Below are positions 1-8,993 of a DNA stretch of 64,000 nucleotides, piece after piece. Origin of the DNA: Acidobacteriota bacterium (lineage in GTDB: Bacteria; Acidobacteriota; Vicinamibacteria; Vicinamibacterales; 2-12-FULL-66-21); contig QHWT01000044.1 of the NCBI GenBank assembly GCA_003222675.1, forward strand, positions 53,548 to 117,547. The letters run 5' to 3'. Each line of letters starts with the position of its first letter. Within the stretch, counting starts at the first letter, position 1. The notes beneath the pieces are model-generated. The model searched no databases, was not told the origin of the DNA, and saw only the letters and a list, made by a program, of their open reading frames with translations. The position numbers were made by a program, and so were the translations under genes.

Positions 1-57
1 GCGTGGACCGTCGCGGACTCGAACGCATGACGACAACGAAGTGCCGGCGTCATCACC

Positions 58-1050
58 TCACCGACGCGGCAGCAGCGCCTTCCGCATCTTCGCAACCACG
101 GTGAAGCTCGGATCGACGACGTTGGCGATCTCGTACTCGAGGGCTTGCCCCATGAACGTGGAGGCGCCGCGCTCGGAGAACCCGTAGTCGGCCATCAGCC
201 ACTTCTGCATGTCCGCCGTGGCGTGCTGGAAGGCTTCGAGCAGCGGCCGCGCACTGCCGAGCACCATGATGTGCGTGTCGTTCTCGAGCCGCGGCCAGGC
301 AATCGGCTTCTTCTTGACGAGCGCGACGGTGAACTCGACGTCCATCGAGGTCTCGACGCCCGTACCTGCCGCCTCCGCTTCTCCCATCCGCGCGTGCCCA
401 TCGCCGATGAAGAGGAGCGCACCAGGCTCATTGACCGGCAGCATCAGTTTCACTCCGGCGTTGAGTCCTGCGTAATCCATGTTTCCGCCGAATGCGCCCG
501 GCGCGATCGCGGCGATCGCTTCCTTGCGGGCCGGGGCGACCGCCACACATCCGAGCATTGGCTTGAGCGGCAGCTCCAGATGTGACGGCGTGAGATCCGG
601 TGAATCGAGCCACACGATCCCCCTGACCTTATCGATGTTCCAGGTCATTCGCTTCGGATCGCGATCGGCGCGCGCCGCGATCGCCTGCGGCGTGACGGCA
701 TACGGCGCCATGAGGCTGCCTGAATAACCAGTCGCGCGGTTCGGCTCGATCTTGTCGAACGTCACCACGAGCGTGTCGTCAGGCTCGGCTCCCTCAATGA
801 AGAACGGTCCCGTCTGCGGATTGCCTCCCGGCGATACCGACTTGCCGTCCCAATCGGTGCCGGCGGCATCAATCGTTCTGGTGATGACGCGATCGCCTGG
901 CTTGATGCGCAGCGCCGGCGGATGCGCGAACGAATACGTCGTGTAGAACTGGGTAGGGGTGAATCGGTGTGTCGCCGGAGCTTGCGAACCGATCGCGGCT
1001 GGCGCGAGGGCGAGCAGGACGACCGCGAATCGCCGGACGCATGTGCGCAT
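58..1050 (-). CDS. Acetamidase/formamidase family protein with N-terminal signal peptide
   Basis: Motifs 'NPQTGPFFIEGAEPDDTL', 'GGNMD', 'LLFIGDGHARMGEAE..GTGVE' typical of the FmdA/AmdA family; hydrophobic N-terminus. Confidence 0.85.
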   Translation of the reverse strand: MRTCVRRFAVVLLALAPAAIGSQAPATHRFTPTQFYTTYSFAHPPALRIKPGDRVITRTIDAAGTDWDGKSVSPGGNPQTGPFFIEGAEPDDTLVVTFDKIEPNRATGYSGSLMAPYAVTPQAIAARADRDPKRMTWNIDKVRGIVWLDSPDLTPSHLELPLKPMLGCVAVAPARKEAIAAIAPGAFGGNMDYAGLNAGVKLMLPVNEPGALLFIGDGHARMGEAEAAGTGVETSMDVEFTVALVKKKPIAWPRLENDTHIMVLGSARPLLEAFQHATADMQKWLMADYGFSERGASTFMGQALEYEIANVVDPSFTVVAKMRKALLPRR

Positions 1051-1073
1051 CGAGACCCTCCTGTCGCGGAATC

Positions 1074-1401
1074 CTACCCCGCGCGCACACCATTGGGCAC
1101 CGCCGATTCCGGCACGGCGAGCACCGGACGGATGCCGTCGGCAGACCCGATGTCGAACAACATCCCTTCGGATCGCAGGCCCATCATCTCCCCTTCAATC
1201 CTCTTTCGGATCTGTCCGCTCCTGTTTGAGACCCGCGAGAATCGAACGCCGGTGATCGCCGAAATCGACCGTCAGCTGCACGAGGCGCGAGGACTTCGGC
1301 ACGTCAGCGACCGAGACGATCGTGCCGACGCGGATATCGAGCTGTTCGAGGACAGAGATGTCGGCAAGCGGCTTGATCGGCTTCTGAGTGAAGTCGGGCA
1401 T
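1074..1401 (-). pseudogene. tRNA-binding OB-fold protein (CsaA/Trbp111-like), frameshifted near 1200
   Basis: N-part 'LDIRVGTIVSVADVPKSSRLVQLTVDFGDHRRSILAG' stops at 1195. The C-part 'MMGLRSEGMLFDIG...VPNGVRAG*' continues in another frame to a TAG at 1074. The usual 'VVNL.PR' segment appears to be missing. Confidence 0.7.
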
Positions 1402-1496
1402 CCCGGTGGATCCTATCAGGACGGTCAGGATGAAGTCAGGTTGTCTGAGATGCGGCTCCACTCGCCGACGCGAGTGGAGCCACGATGGAAGAACGA

Positions 1497-1589
1497 TCAA
1501 GCTGCGCGGGGACTCATGGGCGTGCCGCCAATCGCGCGTGTCATCTCCGCACGAATCTCCGTCGCGGTCAGGACGCGACGATAGATCCG
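1497..1589 (-). pseudogene. Possible C-terminal remnant of a LamG-like domain gene
   Basis: Minus strand reads 'RIYRRVLTATEIRAEMTRAIGG...*', resembling the LamG_3 terminal motif 'RIYNRALTxxEI'; no upstream domain body. Confidence 0.35.
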
Positions 1590-1862
1590 CGCGGTCACCA
1601 CAGCGGCAGGGTTCTATTGCCGCGTCGTGAGGCTGTCAATCACAAAGCATGCGCTGTAACAGGATGTTTTTAGGGCAAATCCCACATGCGAGTTGCCTAG
1701 ACTTCTAATGCAAAGTCTGCGTGGGCTGGGCTCGCACCGCCTCCGATACCGGTGGCAACGCAGCCTGATCGCGTTGCAGCACCTTCCCGCTTCACGACGA
1801 GTACGCTCGATGCTCGGAGATCGCATTTGAACATTTCACATTTAGCATTGAACATTGACACC

Positions 1863-3008
1863 ATGAATCCGTTCGACTTTATCCTGCGCACCCGGATCGT
1901 GTTCGGCGAAGACGCGCTCGCGCAGATCGGTCGGCTGGCCAGCCAACTCGATTTCGGGCGGACCCTGGTCGTTGCTGACCGGGGGATCGTGGCGACAGGC
2001 CAGGTGGCGCGCGTGGCGAACCTGCTGAACAGCGCGGGGATCACTCCCAGCTTCTTCCACGACTTCGATGCGAACCCCGACACGCGCATGATCGAAGCGG
2101 GGCGCGACCATGCCGCGGCAAGTGGAATTGATTCCATCATCGCGCTCGGCGGCGGCAGTTCCCTCGACTGCGCGAAGGGAATCAATTTCATCCTGACTAA
2201 TGGCGGGTCGATGCGCGATTATCAGGGGCACGGCAAGGCGACGCGTCCCATGTTGCCGTCAATCGGCGTACCGATGACGGCTGGCACCGGCAGCGAGGCA
2301 CAGTCCTACGCGGTGATCTCCGACGCCGAGACGCACGCCAAGATGGCGTGCGGCGACGCGAAGGCAGCGTTTCGCGTCGCAATCCTGGACCCGGCGTTGA
2401 CGGTGTCGCAGCCGCGTACGGTTACCGCGATCGCGGGTTACGACGCCATCTCTCACGCGGTTGAATCCTACGTGACGGCGCGTCACACAATCCTTTCGAG
2501 TCTTTTTGCACGCGATGCCTGGCGCTTGCTGCACGAGCATTACGAGCGGGTGCTCGCGTGCCCCGGCGACCTCGCCGCGCGCGGGGCGATGCTGCTCGGC
2601 GCCCATGAGGCGGGCATCGCAATCGAAGCATCGATGCTGGGCGCGGCGCACGCGTGCGCGAACCCGCTGACGGCGCGATACGCGACGACCCACGGTATCG
2701 CCATTGCCGTGATGCTGCCGCACGTCGTCAGATGGAATGGAGAAGACGCGTCCACGCGCGAACGCTACCGGGAACTGCTCGGCGTCGCGGGATTGCGCGA
2801 TCGCGGCGAGCCGGGCGCGGTTCTCGCGGCAGGTCTCGAGGAGCTCGCGCGCGCCGGCGACCTGCCGCGCACGTTGCGCGAGATCGGCGTCAGCGCAAAC
2901 GACCTGCCCGCGCTCGCACAGGACGCGGCGACGCAGTGGACGGGAACGTTCAATCCGCGCCGATTCGATGAACCCGCGGCGCTGGCATTGTACGAGCGGG
3001 CACTCTGA
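1863..3008 (+). CDS. Iron-containing (group III) alcohol dehydrogenase
   Basis: 'ALGGGSSLDCAK', 'TAGTGSE', 'DAISHAVESY', 'AHACA', 'HGIA' NAD- and metal-binding motifs; ATG at 1863. Confidence 0.92.
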   Translation: MNPFDFILRTRIVFGEDALAQIGRLASQLDFGRTLVVADRGIVATGQVARVANLLNSAGITPSFFHDFDANPDTRMIEAGRDHAAASGIDSIIALGGGSSLDCAKGINFILTNGGSMRDYQGHGKATRPMLPSIGVPMTAGTGSEAQSYAVISDAETHAKMACGDAKAAFRVAILDPALTVSQPRTVTAIAGYDAISHAVESYVTARHTILSSLFARDAWRLLHEHYERVLACPGDLAARGAMLLGAHEAGIAIEASMLGAAHACANPLTARYATTHGIAIAVMLPHVVRWNGEDASTRERYRELLGVAGLRDRGEPGAVLAAGLEELARAGDLPRTLREIGVSANDLPALAQDAATQWTGTFNPRRFDEPAALALYERAL

Positions 3009-3147
3009 ACGGGGACACTCACACTTCGTCCCACAAGCGCAGGGTCTGCGGACAGAAACGGTGACAGTCACAGTTCCAACCTGTGACTGTCACACTTTCA
3101 GTGGCTGCAGTGTCCGAAACCGGGAAGAACTGTGAGTGTCCCCGTTC
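3007..3147. repeat. MITE-like element with 21-bp terminal inverted repeats between convergent genes
   Basis: GAACGGGGACACTCACACTTC (3007-3027) versus GAACTGTGAGTGTCCCCGTTC (3127-3147), 20/21 complementary; internal GTGACAGTCAC and GTGACTGTCAC palindromes. Confidence 0.7.
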
Positions 3148-4490
3148 TATTCGGGCAGCTGCTCTTGCTTGGGTTCCGGCAGCCAGAAGCTCGCAATAAA
3201 ACCGATCACGTATGCCGCTGTGCCGACGAGCGCGGCCGCGTGCGCAAGCTTGATCGGCGGCATCGCGCCGGGCATCGACGCAACGAGGTTCGTCGTCACC
3301 AGCGCCGCGGACGTGCCGATCATCCGGCCGCCCACATTCGCCGCAAAGCTCTCGCCGGTTCCCCGTAAGAACGTTGGATACACGCGCGGCAGGTAGTTGC
3401 CCCAGAAACTGAACTGCGCGATCGTCATGAACCCGACGAGCCCAATACCCCACTCGAGCAGCGCGAGGCTACTCGTCGCCGGAATCAGGAACACGAGCGG
3501 CAACAGGATGAGTCCTGGAATCTGGAAGACGTGCAGCAGCTTGCGCCGCGAGAAGATGCGGACTGCCAGAAACGCGAGGACGATCCGCCCGGCAAGACCG
3601 CCGAATTCCTGGAACGACTGCACCGCGCTGACCGTTTGCTCCTGCGCCGGCCGCGGCAGCGCGCGCACTTCCGCAAGGCCGGGGACGATGCGCGGCACCT
3701 GCTGAATCGCGCCGAACGCAGCGGCGTACGCACAGGCCATCATCACGGTTGTCACGATCGTCGTCCGGCGGAACTCGGGCTGGAACAATTCCGCGAAGCT
3801 CGGGCGCTTCAACGTGCCCGCCTTCTTCTTTTCCTGCCATGCGGGAGATTCCGGCAGAAACGGCCGGATGAGAATGAGCGGGATAGCGGGAATGACGCCG
3901 GAGATGAGCGTGTAGCGCCACGCCTCGTGACCACCGCGCACGAGCGGCAGGTGATCTCCGTATGTGACGGACAGGTAGTACCCCACGGTCACCATCAATC
4001 CGCCGAGCGATCCAAATGCCTGCGTGTAGCCCACGATGGCTTCGCGCCGTTTGGGATCCGGGAACAATTCCGACAGCCAGGCAACAGCAGCGACAAACTC
4101 CACGCACACGCCGACGAACGTGCAGCAGCGCCAGAACAGCAACCACTGCACCGACGTCGCGTAGCCGGATGCGAGCGCGGAGAACGCAAAGAGGAGGATG
4201 CTCCACACGAGCACGCGACGTCTGCCGAACAGGTCGGTGAGATACCCGCCGAGCAACCCGAAAATCCCGCCGGCGACGGCGGGTACATAAAAGAGGTAGC
4301 CCACCCACTGATTGATCGACGGGTGCGTTCCAGGCACGCCAAGGAGCTCGATGAGCGCCGGCCGGACGATCAACGGCAGCATCAGCAGCACGTAGGAGTC
4401 GAACGCGAAGCCGATCGCTGCAACGATGGCGATCAGCCATGTGAGCCGTTCGACGCGCTTTGCCGCAGCCGGGGACTGGCCAGTCGCCAT
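3147..4490 (-). CDS. MFS transporter
   Basis: Motif A 'GYLTDLFGRRRVL', about 12 hydrophobic segments, 'YPTFLRGTGESF'. Likely start is ATG 4490; the longer ORF extension overlaps the upstream gene. Confidence 0.9.
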   Translation of the reverse strand: MATGQSPAAAKRVERLTWLIAIVAAIGFAFDSYVLLMLPLIVRPALIELLGVPGTHPSINQWVGYLFYVPAVAGGIFGLLGGYLTDLFGRRRVLVWSILLFAFSALASGYATSVQWLLFWRCCTFVGVCVEFVAAVAWLSELFPDPKRREAIVGYTQAFGSLGGLMVTVGYYLSVTYGDHLPLVRGGHEAWRYTLISGVIPAIPLILIRPFLPESPAWQEKKKAGTLKRPSFAELFQPEFRRTTIVTTVMMACAYAAAFGAIQQVPRIVPGLAEVRALPRPAQEQTVSAVQSFQEFGGLAGRIVLAFLAVRIFSRRKLLHVFQIPGLILLPLVFLIPATSSLALLEWGIGLVGFMTIAQFSFWGNYLPRVYPTFLRGTGESFAANVGGRMIGTSAALVTTNLVASMPGAMPPIKLAHAAALVGTAAYVIGFIASFWLPEPKQEQLPE

Positions 4491-4492
4491 CT

Positions 4493-6112
4493 CTACACCT
4501 CGTATTTCGCGAGCGTAGCCGCCGCCGGGACCGACGCGGCTGTTGCGCGCGACACGATGAACATCAGGAACGCCGACATCAACGTCATCGGCACCACCGG
4601 CAGAAAACCAAGTACCGTCGTCCCCGCAGCCACACGGGCGATCACATGGAGACTGCCGATCGACCAGACCGGCACCGTCACGCCGGGCGGCGGCGCCGCG
4701 ACAATCGATTGCAGCATCGCGACGGCGGCAACAGCAGCCGCGGTCCAGACCGCCACGGCGAGCGCGCCCCACTTCGTGCTCTGCTTCCAGAACAACGCGG
4801 CGACGAGCAACGGCGCGAGCGCTGAGTACCCAGCAAACGCGTACTGGCTGGCGATATCGAAGATCGATTGCGGCGCGCTCAGCGCGATCGCGTAGGCCAC
4901 AATCGTCAGCGCGACGACGAACATCCGTCCCGTCTGGACCTGCACGGCAGGTCCGAAACGTGCCTGCCCTCCGTAGTAGGCAAACACGTCTTCGGTGAAC
5001 ATCGTGGAAAGCGCGAGTATCTGCGAGTCGCTCGCCATGACCGCCGCCATCACGGCCGCGCCAAGCAGCGACGCGAGCCACAGCGGCGCGTACGCGTCCA
5101 CCAGCCGCAGAATCACATCATCCCCACTTGCCTCAGCACGCAGTTGGGTGCGCCGCTCCGGCGACAGCGTGGATCCGATCGAGGCAAGCGTCGCGCGCGC
5201 CTCGAGCTTCGTCCTGATCGACGGCACGTCGACGGCGCGATTCGCGACGACCCCGAGAAGGACCGATGGTAGCCAGATCGCAAGCATGCACACCGGGTAC
5301 AGGATCACCGTCCTCCTGAAGTGTCCGAGCCGTCGCGCCGTCAGGCAGAAGATGCCGATGTGGGGAAAGGCAATCGACGAGAGCGGGATGAACGTGTAGC
5401 TGAAGAAATACAACGGCGAGACCCGCTCGCGCGTGAGGAGCGGGGCGGACGGCGATGCCAGCATCCCCTCGATTGCGGTGCGAAACCCTCCCATGCCTGC
5501 GGCGATCACCGCAACCGCGATTGCACCGAACGACAGGAACAGGATCGTCTGAAAGGTGTTCACCCAGGCCGTGCCGCGCATACCACCGAAGAACACGTAG
5601 CCCATCACGACCAGCGACACGACGGCGCCGCCGAGCCAGTACGGCACCAGGCCGTCGCTGACGGCGCGGAGCGTCGTCCCTCCGCCCATGACCGCGATCA
5701 CGACATAGGGCACGAGCAGCACCGCCTGCACGGCAAAGATCACCGTGCCGATGTGGCCGCATTCCCAGCGGTCGCGGAACATCTGCACGGGCGTCATGAA
5801 GCCGTGGCGCTTTCCCAGCGCCCAGAGCCGCGTGCCGATCACGAAGATGCCGAGCGGGATGATCAGCGCCGACGAGGACGCCATCAACCCGTACGTCACG
5901 ATCCCGTTGGCAAACGCGTGGCCTGATGCACCGAGGATCGAGAACGCCGTCATGTTGGTGCCGAACAAGGAGAGCAAGAAGACGACGGGCCCGATTGCGC
6001 GGCCGGCGAGAAAGTAATCCTCGGCGTCAGGCCGCTCGGCCGTGCGCCCGGCAAACAGGCCGATCCCCAGCACGACTGCGAGATACGCGAAGACGACGAC
6101 CGCGGGAATCAT
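4493..6112 (-). CDS. Sodium:solute symporter (SSS) family transporter
   Basis: 'DYFLAGR', '[13 protein letters not shown]', 'AAVMA..DSQIL'; many TM helices. Confidence 0.9.
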   Translation of the reverse strand: MIPAVVVFAYLAVVLGIGLFAGRTAERPDAEDYFLAGRAIGPVVFLLSLFGTNMTAFSILGASGHAFANGIVTYGLMASSSALIIPLGIFVIGTRLWALGKRHGFMTPVQMFRDRWECGHIGTVIFAVQAVLLVPYVVIAVMGGGTTLRAVSDGLVPYWLGGAVVSLVVMGYVFFGGMRGTAWVNTFQTILFLSFGAIAVAVIAAGMGGFRTAIEGMLASPSAPLLTRERVSPLYFFSYTFIPLSSIAFPHIGIFCLTARRLGHFRRTVILYPVCMLAIWLPSVLLGVVANRAVDVPSIRTKLEARATLASIGSTLSPERRTQLRAEASGDDVILRLVDAYAPLWLASLLGAAVMAAVMASDSQILALSTMFTEDVFAYYGGQARFGPAVQVQTGRMFVVALTIVAYAIALSAPQSIFDIASQYAFAGYSALAPLLVAALFWKQSTKWGALAVAVWTAAAVAAVAMLQSIVAAPPPGVTVPVWSIGSLHVIARVAAGTTVLGFLPVVPMTLMSAFLMFIVSRATAASVPAAATLAKYEV

Positions 6113-6318
6113 TCGGAGCGGCCGCGCGGGTCGTCGAGATGCGAGGGCCAGTAGCGGCGAACGATGAGCCAGAGCAACGCGGACGCGCCGAGCGTGTAAG
6201 CCGCGTGATAGAAGAGCCCGATCGGAAGAAAGCCGAACACGAGCGGCCGGGCACTCCGCCAGAACCAGAAATCCTGGTGCAGCAGGTACACGACGGCGGT
6301 AATAAGCGCAAGTGGCAA
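6109..6318 (-). CDS. Small 2-TM membrane protein (DUF3311-like, SSS-associated)
   Basis: 'HQDFWFW...[13 protein letters not shown]'; stop overlaps the SSS start by 4 bp; start uncertain (TTG 6318 proposed). Confidence 0.7.
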   Translation of the reverse strand: MPLALITAVVYLLHQDFWFWRSARPLVFGFLPIGLFYHAAYTLGASALLWLIVRRYWPSHLDDPRGRSE

Positions 6319-6324
6319 CGACGC

Positions 6325-6330
6325 TATACT
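6325..6330 (+). promoter_or_regulatory. Putative -10 box (TATACT) 8 nt upstream of ATG 6339; leaderless or very short-leader transcript
   Basis: TATACT-acgatgcc-ATG with no Shine-Dalgarno, in a ~20 bp divergent gap. Confidence 0.45.
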
Positions 6331-6338
6331 ACGATGCC

Positions 6339-7466
6339 ATGTCGCCGTCGCCAACCGGCCGCGCCGGTCCATCCGCACCACCGTTGGCCCCATCGGCCGC
6401 TGCTGCACGCGAAACCCTCGATGCGTGGGTGCGCGAGGTCATCGACTGGCATTTCGATCCGGCGAGCGGCTGTCCGTTCTGGCTCGAGTTCGCACAGAAG
6501 AGCGGCTGGGATCCGCGACGCGAGATCAGGACGTTCACCGATCTGAAACGCTTCGGCGAATTTCAGGACGAATGGTTGCGTGGCGGGCCCGTGCAGCGGT
6601 GGATTCCCAAAGGGCTCGCGGGAGAACCGGTCTTCGTCTTCGAGACCGGCGGCACGACCGGAGTCCCGAAGACGCGCGTCGCGTGCGACGACTTTCGGAT
6701 TGACTATGAGTTGTTCAGCACGACGCTCCCTGACGAATACTTTCCAAAGGGATCCAACTGGCTGATGCTCGGTCCATCGGGACCGCGCCGCCTTCGCCTG
6801 GCGGTCGAACACCTCGCGCAATATCGAGGGGGGATCTGCTTCTGCGTCGATCTTGATCCGCGCTGGGTGATCAAGCTCATTAAGAAAGGATGGAGCGAGC
6901 ACCTGCAGGCCTACAAGGATCACGTCATCGATCAGGCCGTCACCATCCTGCGGGCGGGACACGACATCCGCTGCATGTTCACGACGCCGAAGCTGCTCGA
7001 AGCGCTCGCCGTCCGGCTCGAATCAATGGGGACGACAATCCGCCAGGCGGGGATCACCGGGATCTTCTCGGGCGGCACGGAGTTCACGCCACAGTGGAAC
7101 CGCTTCGCGCACGAGGAGCTGCTCGACGGCGCCTACATGACGCCGACGTACGGCAACACGTTGATGGGTCTTGCCGCGAGCGCGCCGAGCGGTCCGCACA
7201 ACCAATACAAGATCGCTTACTACGCCCCGCAGCCGCGGGCCGTCATCGAGGTCGTGGAGTTCGACGACCAGAACCGTCTCGTGGATTACGGCCAGACCGG
7301 CCGCGTCAAGCTGACGACGCTGACGAAAGAATTTTTCATGCCGGGCTTTCTCGAACGCGACGAGGGTGAACGCGAGCCCGCGTGCGATCGGTTCGCGTGG
7401 GACGGCATCAGCGGCGTGCGCCCGTACCGCGGCTTCGCGTCGACGACGACGGTGGGAGTGTATTGA
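6339..7466 (+). CDS. EhpF/GriC-like adenylate-forming protein (truncated ANL / LuxE-like fold)
   Basis: 'WHFDPASGCPFWL', P-loop 'FETGGTTGVPK', 'DLDPRWV', 'GGTE', 'YGNT' and C-terminal 'GVY' match, as recalled, motifs of Pantoea EhpF. Confidence 0.8.
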   Translation: MSPSPTGRAGPSAPPLAPSAAAARETLDAWVREVIDWHFDPASGCPFWLEFAQKSGWDPRREIRTFTDLKRFGEFQDEWLRGGPVQRWIPKGLAGEPVFVFETGGTTGVPKTRVACDDFRIDYELFSTTLPDEYFPKGSNWLMLGPSGPRRLRLAVEHLAQYRGGICFCVDLDPRWVIKLIKKGWSEHLQAYKDHVIDQAVTILRAGHDIRCMFTTPKLLEALAVRLESMGTTIRQAGITGIFSGGTEFTPQWNRFAHEELLDGAYMTPTYGNTLMGLAASAPSGPHNQYKIAYYAPQPRAVIEVVEFDDQNRLVDYGQTGRVKLTTLTKEFFMPGFLERDEGEREPACDRFAWDGISGVRPYRGFASTTTVGVY

Positions 7467-7473
7467 ACGGCTC

Positions 7474-7530
7474 GTAGCGCAGCCCTTGAGGGCTGCTCGT
7501 GTCACGAGCAGGGCTAAAGCCCTGCGCTAC
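7474..7530. repeat. Inverted doublet of GTAG-type REP-like palindromes
   Basis: GTAGCGCAGCCCTTGAGGGCTGC - TCGTGTCACGA - GCAGGGCTAAAGCCCTGCGCTAC. Confidence 0.8.
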
Positions 7531-7565
7531 GGATGCTTCGTAACCCTGCGTTACGTATAAACGAC

Positions 7566-8993
7566 ATGCTTCATCTTCCCGTTCTCCGCTGGGGCCAGCC
7601 CTACGAGAGCCTCGACATCGATCAGGTGGTGCACTTCGCGACCGGCGAACCGATCGCGAAGGTCAGCCGCGCGAACGGCGGCCTGATCCAGCGCGATGCG
7701 CGCAAGGCACCGCGCGCGCGCGCGGTGCTGCGCGAGTTCTCGATCGACGATCTGATCACGCGTGTCGGCAACGCCGGCGACTTCTATATGAACGCGACGC
7801 TGCCGATGGGCGACCGCACGCAGACGCCGGACGAGTTCGTCCGCGCGCAGTCGGCCAGCACGGGACTCCCTGAGCGGCTCGCGCGCGCGAACATGCAGAA
7901 GAACGCATTCGTGCTCACCGAGATGCGCAACATTCTCGCGTCGCTGACCCGCGGCTTGTCGTTCGACATCCTGTCGCGCGGCCACGGCGAGGAGCGCGGC
8001 GTGCCCCTCAGCTACCAGGTGCAAAGCCCGGTCGTCGGCCTCGTGCTCCCCTCGAACTCGCCGGGCGTGCACACGCTGTGGCTGCCGATCATTCCGCTGC
8101 AGGTCGGCCTCGTGCTCAAGCCGGGGCCGCAGGAGCCGTGGACGCCCTTCCGCATGACGGAGGCGTTCTTCCAGGCGGGCATCCCGCGCGAGGCAGTCTC
8201 AATTTATCCGGGAGAAGGCGACGTGGGCGCCGCGGTGCTCGAGAACTGCGGGCGCACGATGATCTTCGGCGGCACGCCGACCGTCGATCGTTATCGCGGC
8301 AATCCGAAAGTGCAGGCGCACGGGCCCGGCTTCTCGAAGATCGTGATCGGGGACGACCAGGTCGACCGATGGGAACGGCATCTGGACGTGATGGTCGACA
8401 GCGTATTCGCGAACAGCGGACGCGGGTGCATCAACGCGTCCGGCATCTGGGCGAGCCGCCACACCCGCGACATCGCGGAGGCCATCGCGCGTCGATTCGC
8501 CGCGGTGCGGCCGCTGCCTCCTGAGCATGCGGACGCGAGCCTTGCGGCATTCACCGTTCCCGGTGTCGCGGATGCAATCTCCACGTCAATCGATGCGGAC
8601 CTGCAGACGCCGGGCGTGACAGACGTCACGTCGAAGCACCGCGACAACGAGCCGCGCCTGGTCAAGCAGGGCCGGGCGGATTACCTGCTCCCGACGGTCG
8701 TGCACTGCGATTCGCCGGAGGCGGCGATTGCAAGGAAGGAATACATGTTCCCCTTCGTCACGGTTGTCGAGTGCCCCGAGGCGAAGATGATTGACGCGAT
8801 CGGTCCCACGCTCGTGTGCTCGGCCATCACGTGCAATACGGAGCTCCGCCGGAAGCTGCTCGATGCCGTCAACATCGATCGGCTGAACCTGGGTCCGGTG
8901 AGGACGACGCAATTGAACTGGCTGCAGCCGCACGAGGGAAACCTGATCGATTTCCTCTTCCGCGCCCGCGCGTTCCAGACCGCGGAGCTATAG
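7566..8993 (+). CDS. Aldehyde dehydrogenase-fold protein (GriD/EhpG/LuxC-like acyl reductase candidate)
   Basis: 'LPSNSPG', 'LKPG', catalytic-Cys region 'NSGRGCINAS', 'EYMFPF'; 'HGPGFSK' replaces the usual ALDH 'ELGGK'. Confidence 0.8.
   Translation: MLHLPVLRWGQPYESLDIDQVVHFATGEPIAKVSRANGGLIQRDARKAPRARAVLREFSIDDLITRVGNAGDFYMNATLPMGDRTQTPDEFVRAQSASTGLPERLARANMQKNAFVLTEMRNILASLTRGLSFDILSRGHGEERGVPLSYQVQSPVVGLVLPSNSPGVHTLWLPIIPLQVGLVLKPGPQEPWTPFRMTEAFFQAGIPREAVSIYPGEGDVGAAVLENCGRTMIFGGTPTVDRYRGNPKVQAHGPGFSKIVIGDDQVDRWERHLDVMVDSVFANSGRGCINASGIWASRHTRDIAEAIARRFAAVRPLPPEHADASLAAFTVPGVADAISTSIDADLQTPGVTDVTSKHRDNEPRLVKQGRADYLLPTVVHCDSPEAAIARKEYMFPFVTVVECPEAKMIDAIGPTLVCSAITCNTELRRKLLDAVNIDRLNLGPVRTTQLNWLQPHEGNLIDFLFRARAFQTAEL

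Noticed and set aside
1..53. Possible start of a minus-strand gene (ATG at 53 after GAGGTG)
   Set aside because: Only 17 codons are visible, too little to support a call.
6339..8993. Phenazine or lux (bioluminescence) cluster
   Set aside because: No phzA-G or luxAB/luxD homologs in the window; only the acid-reductase-like pair is present.
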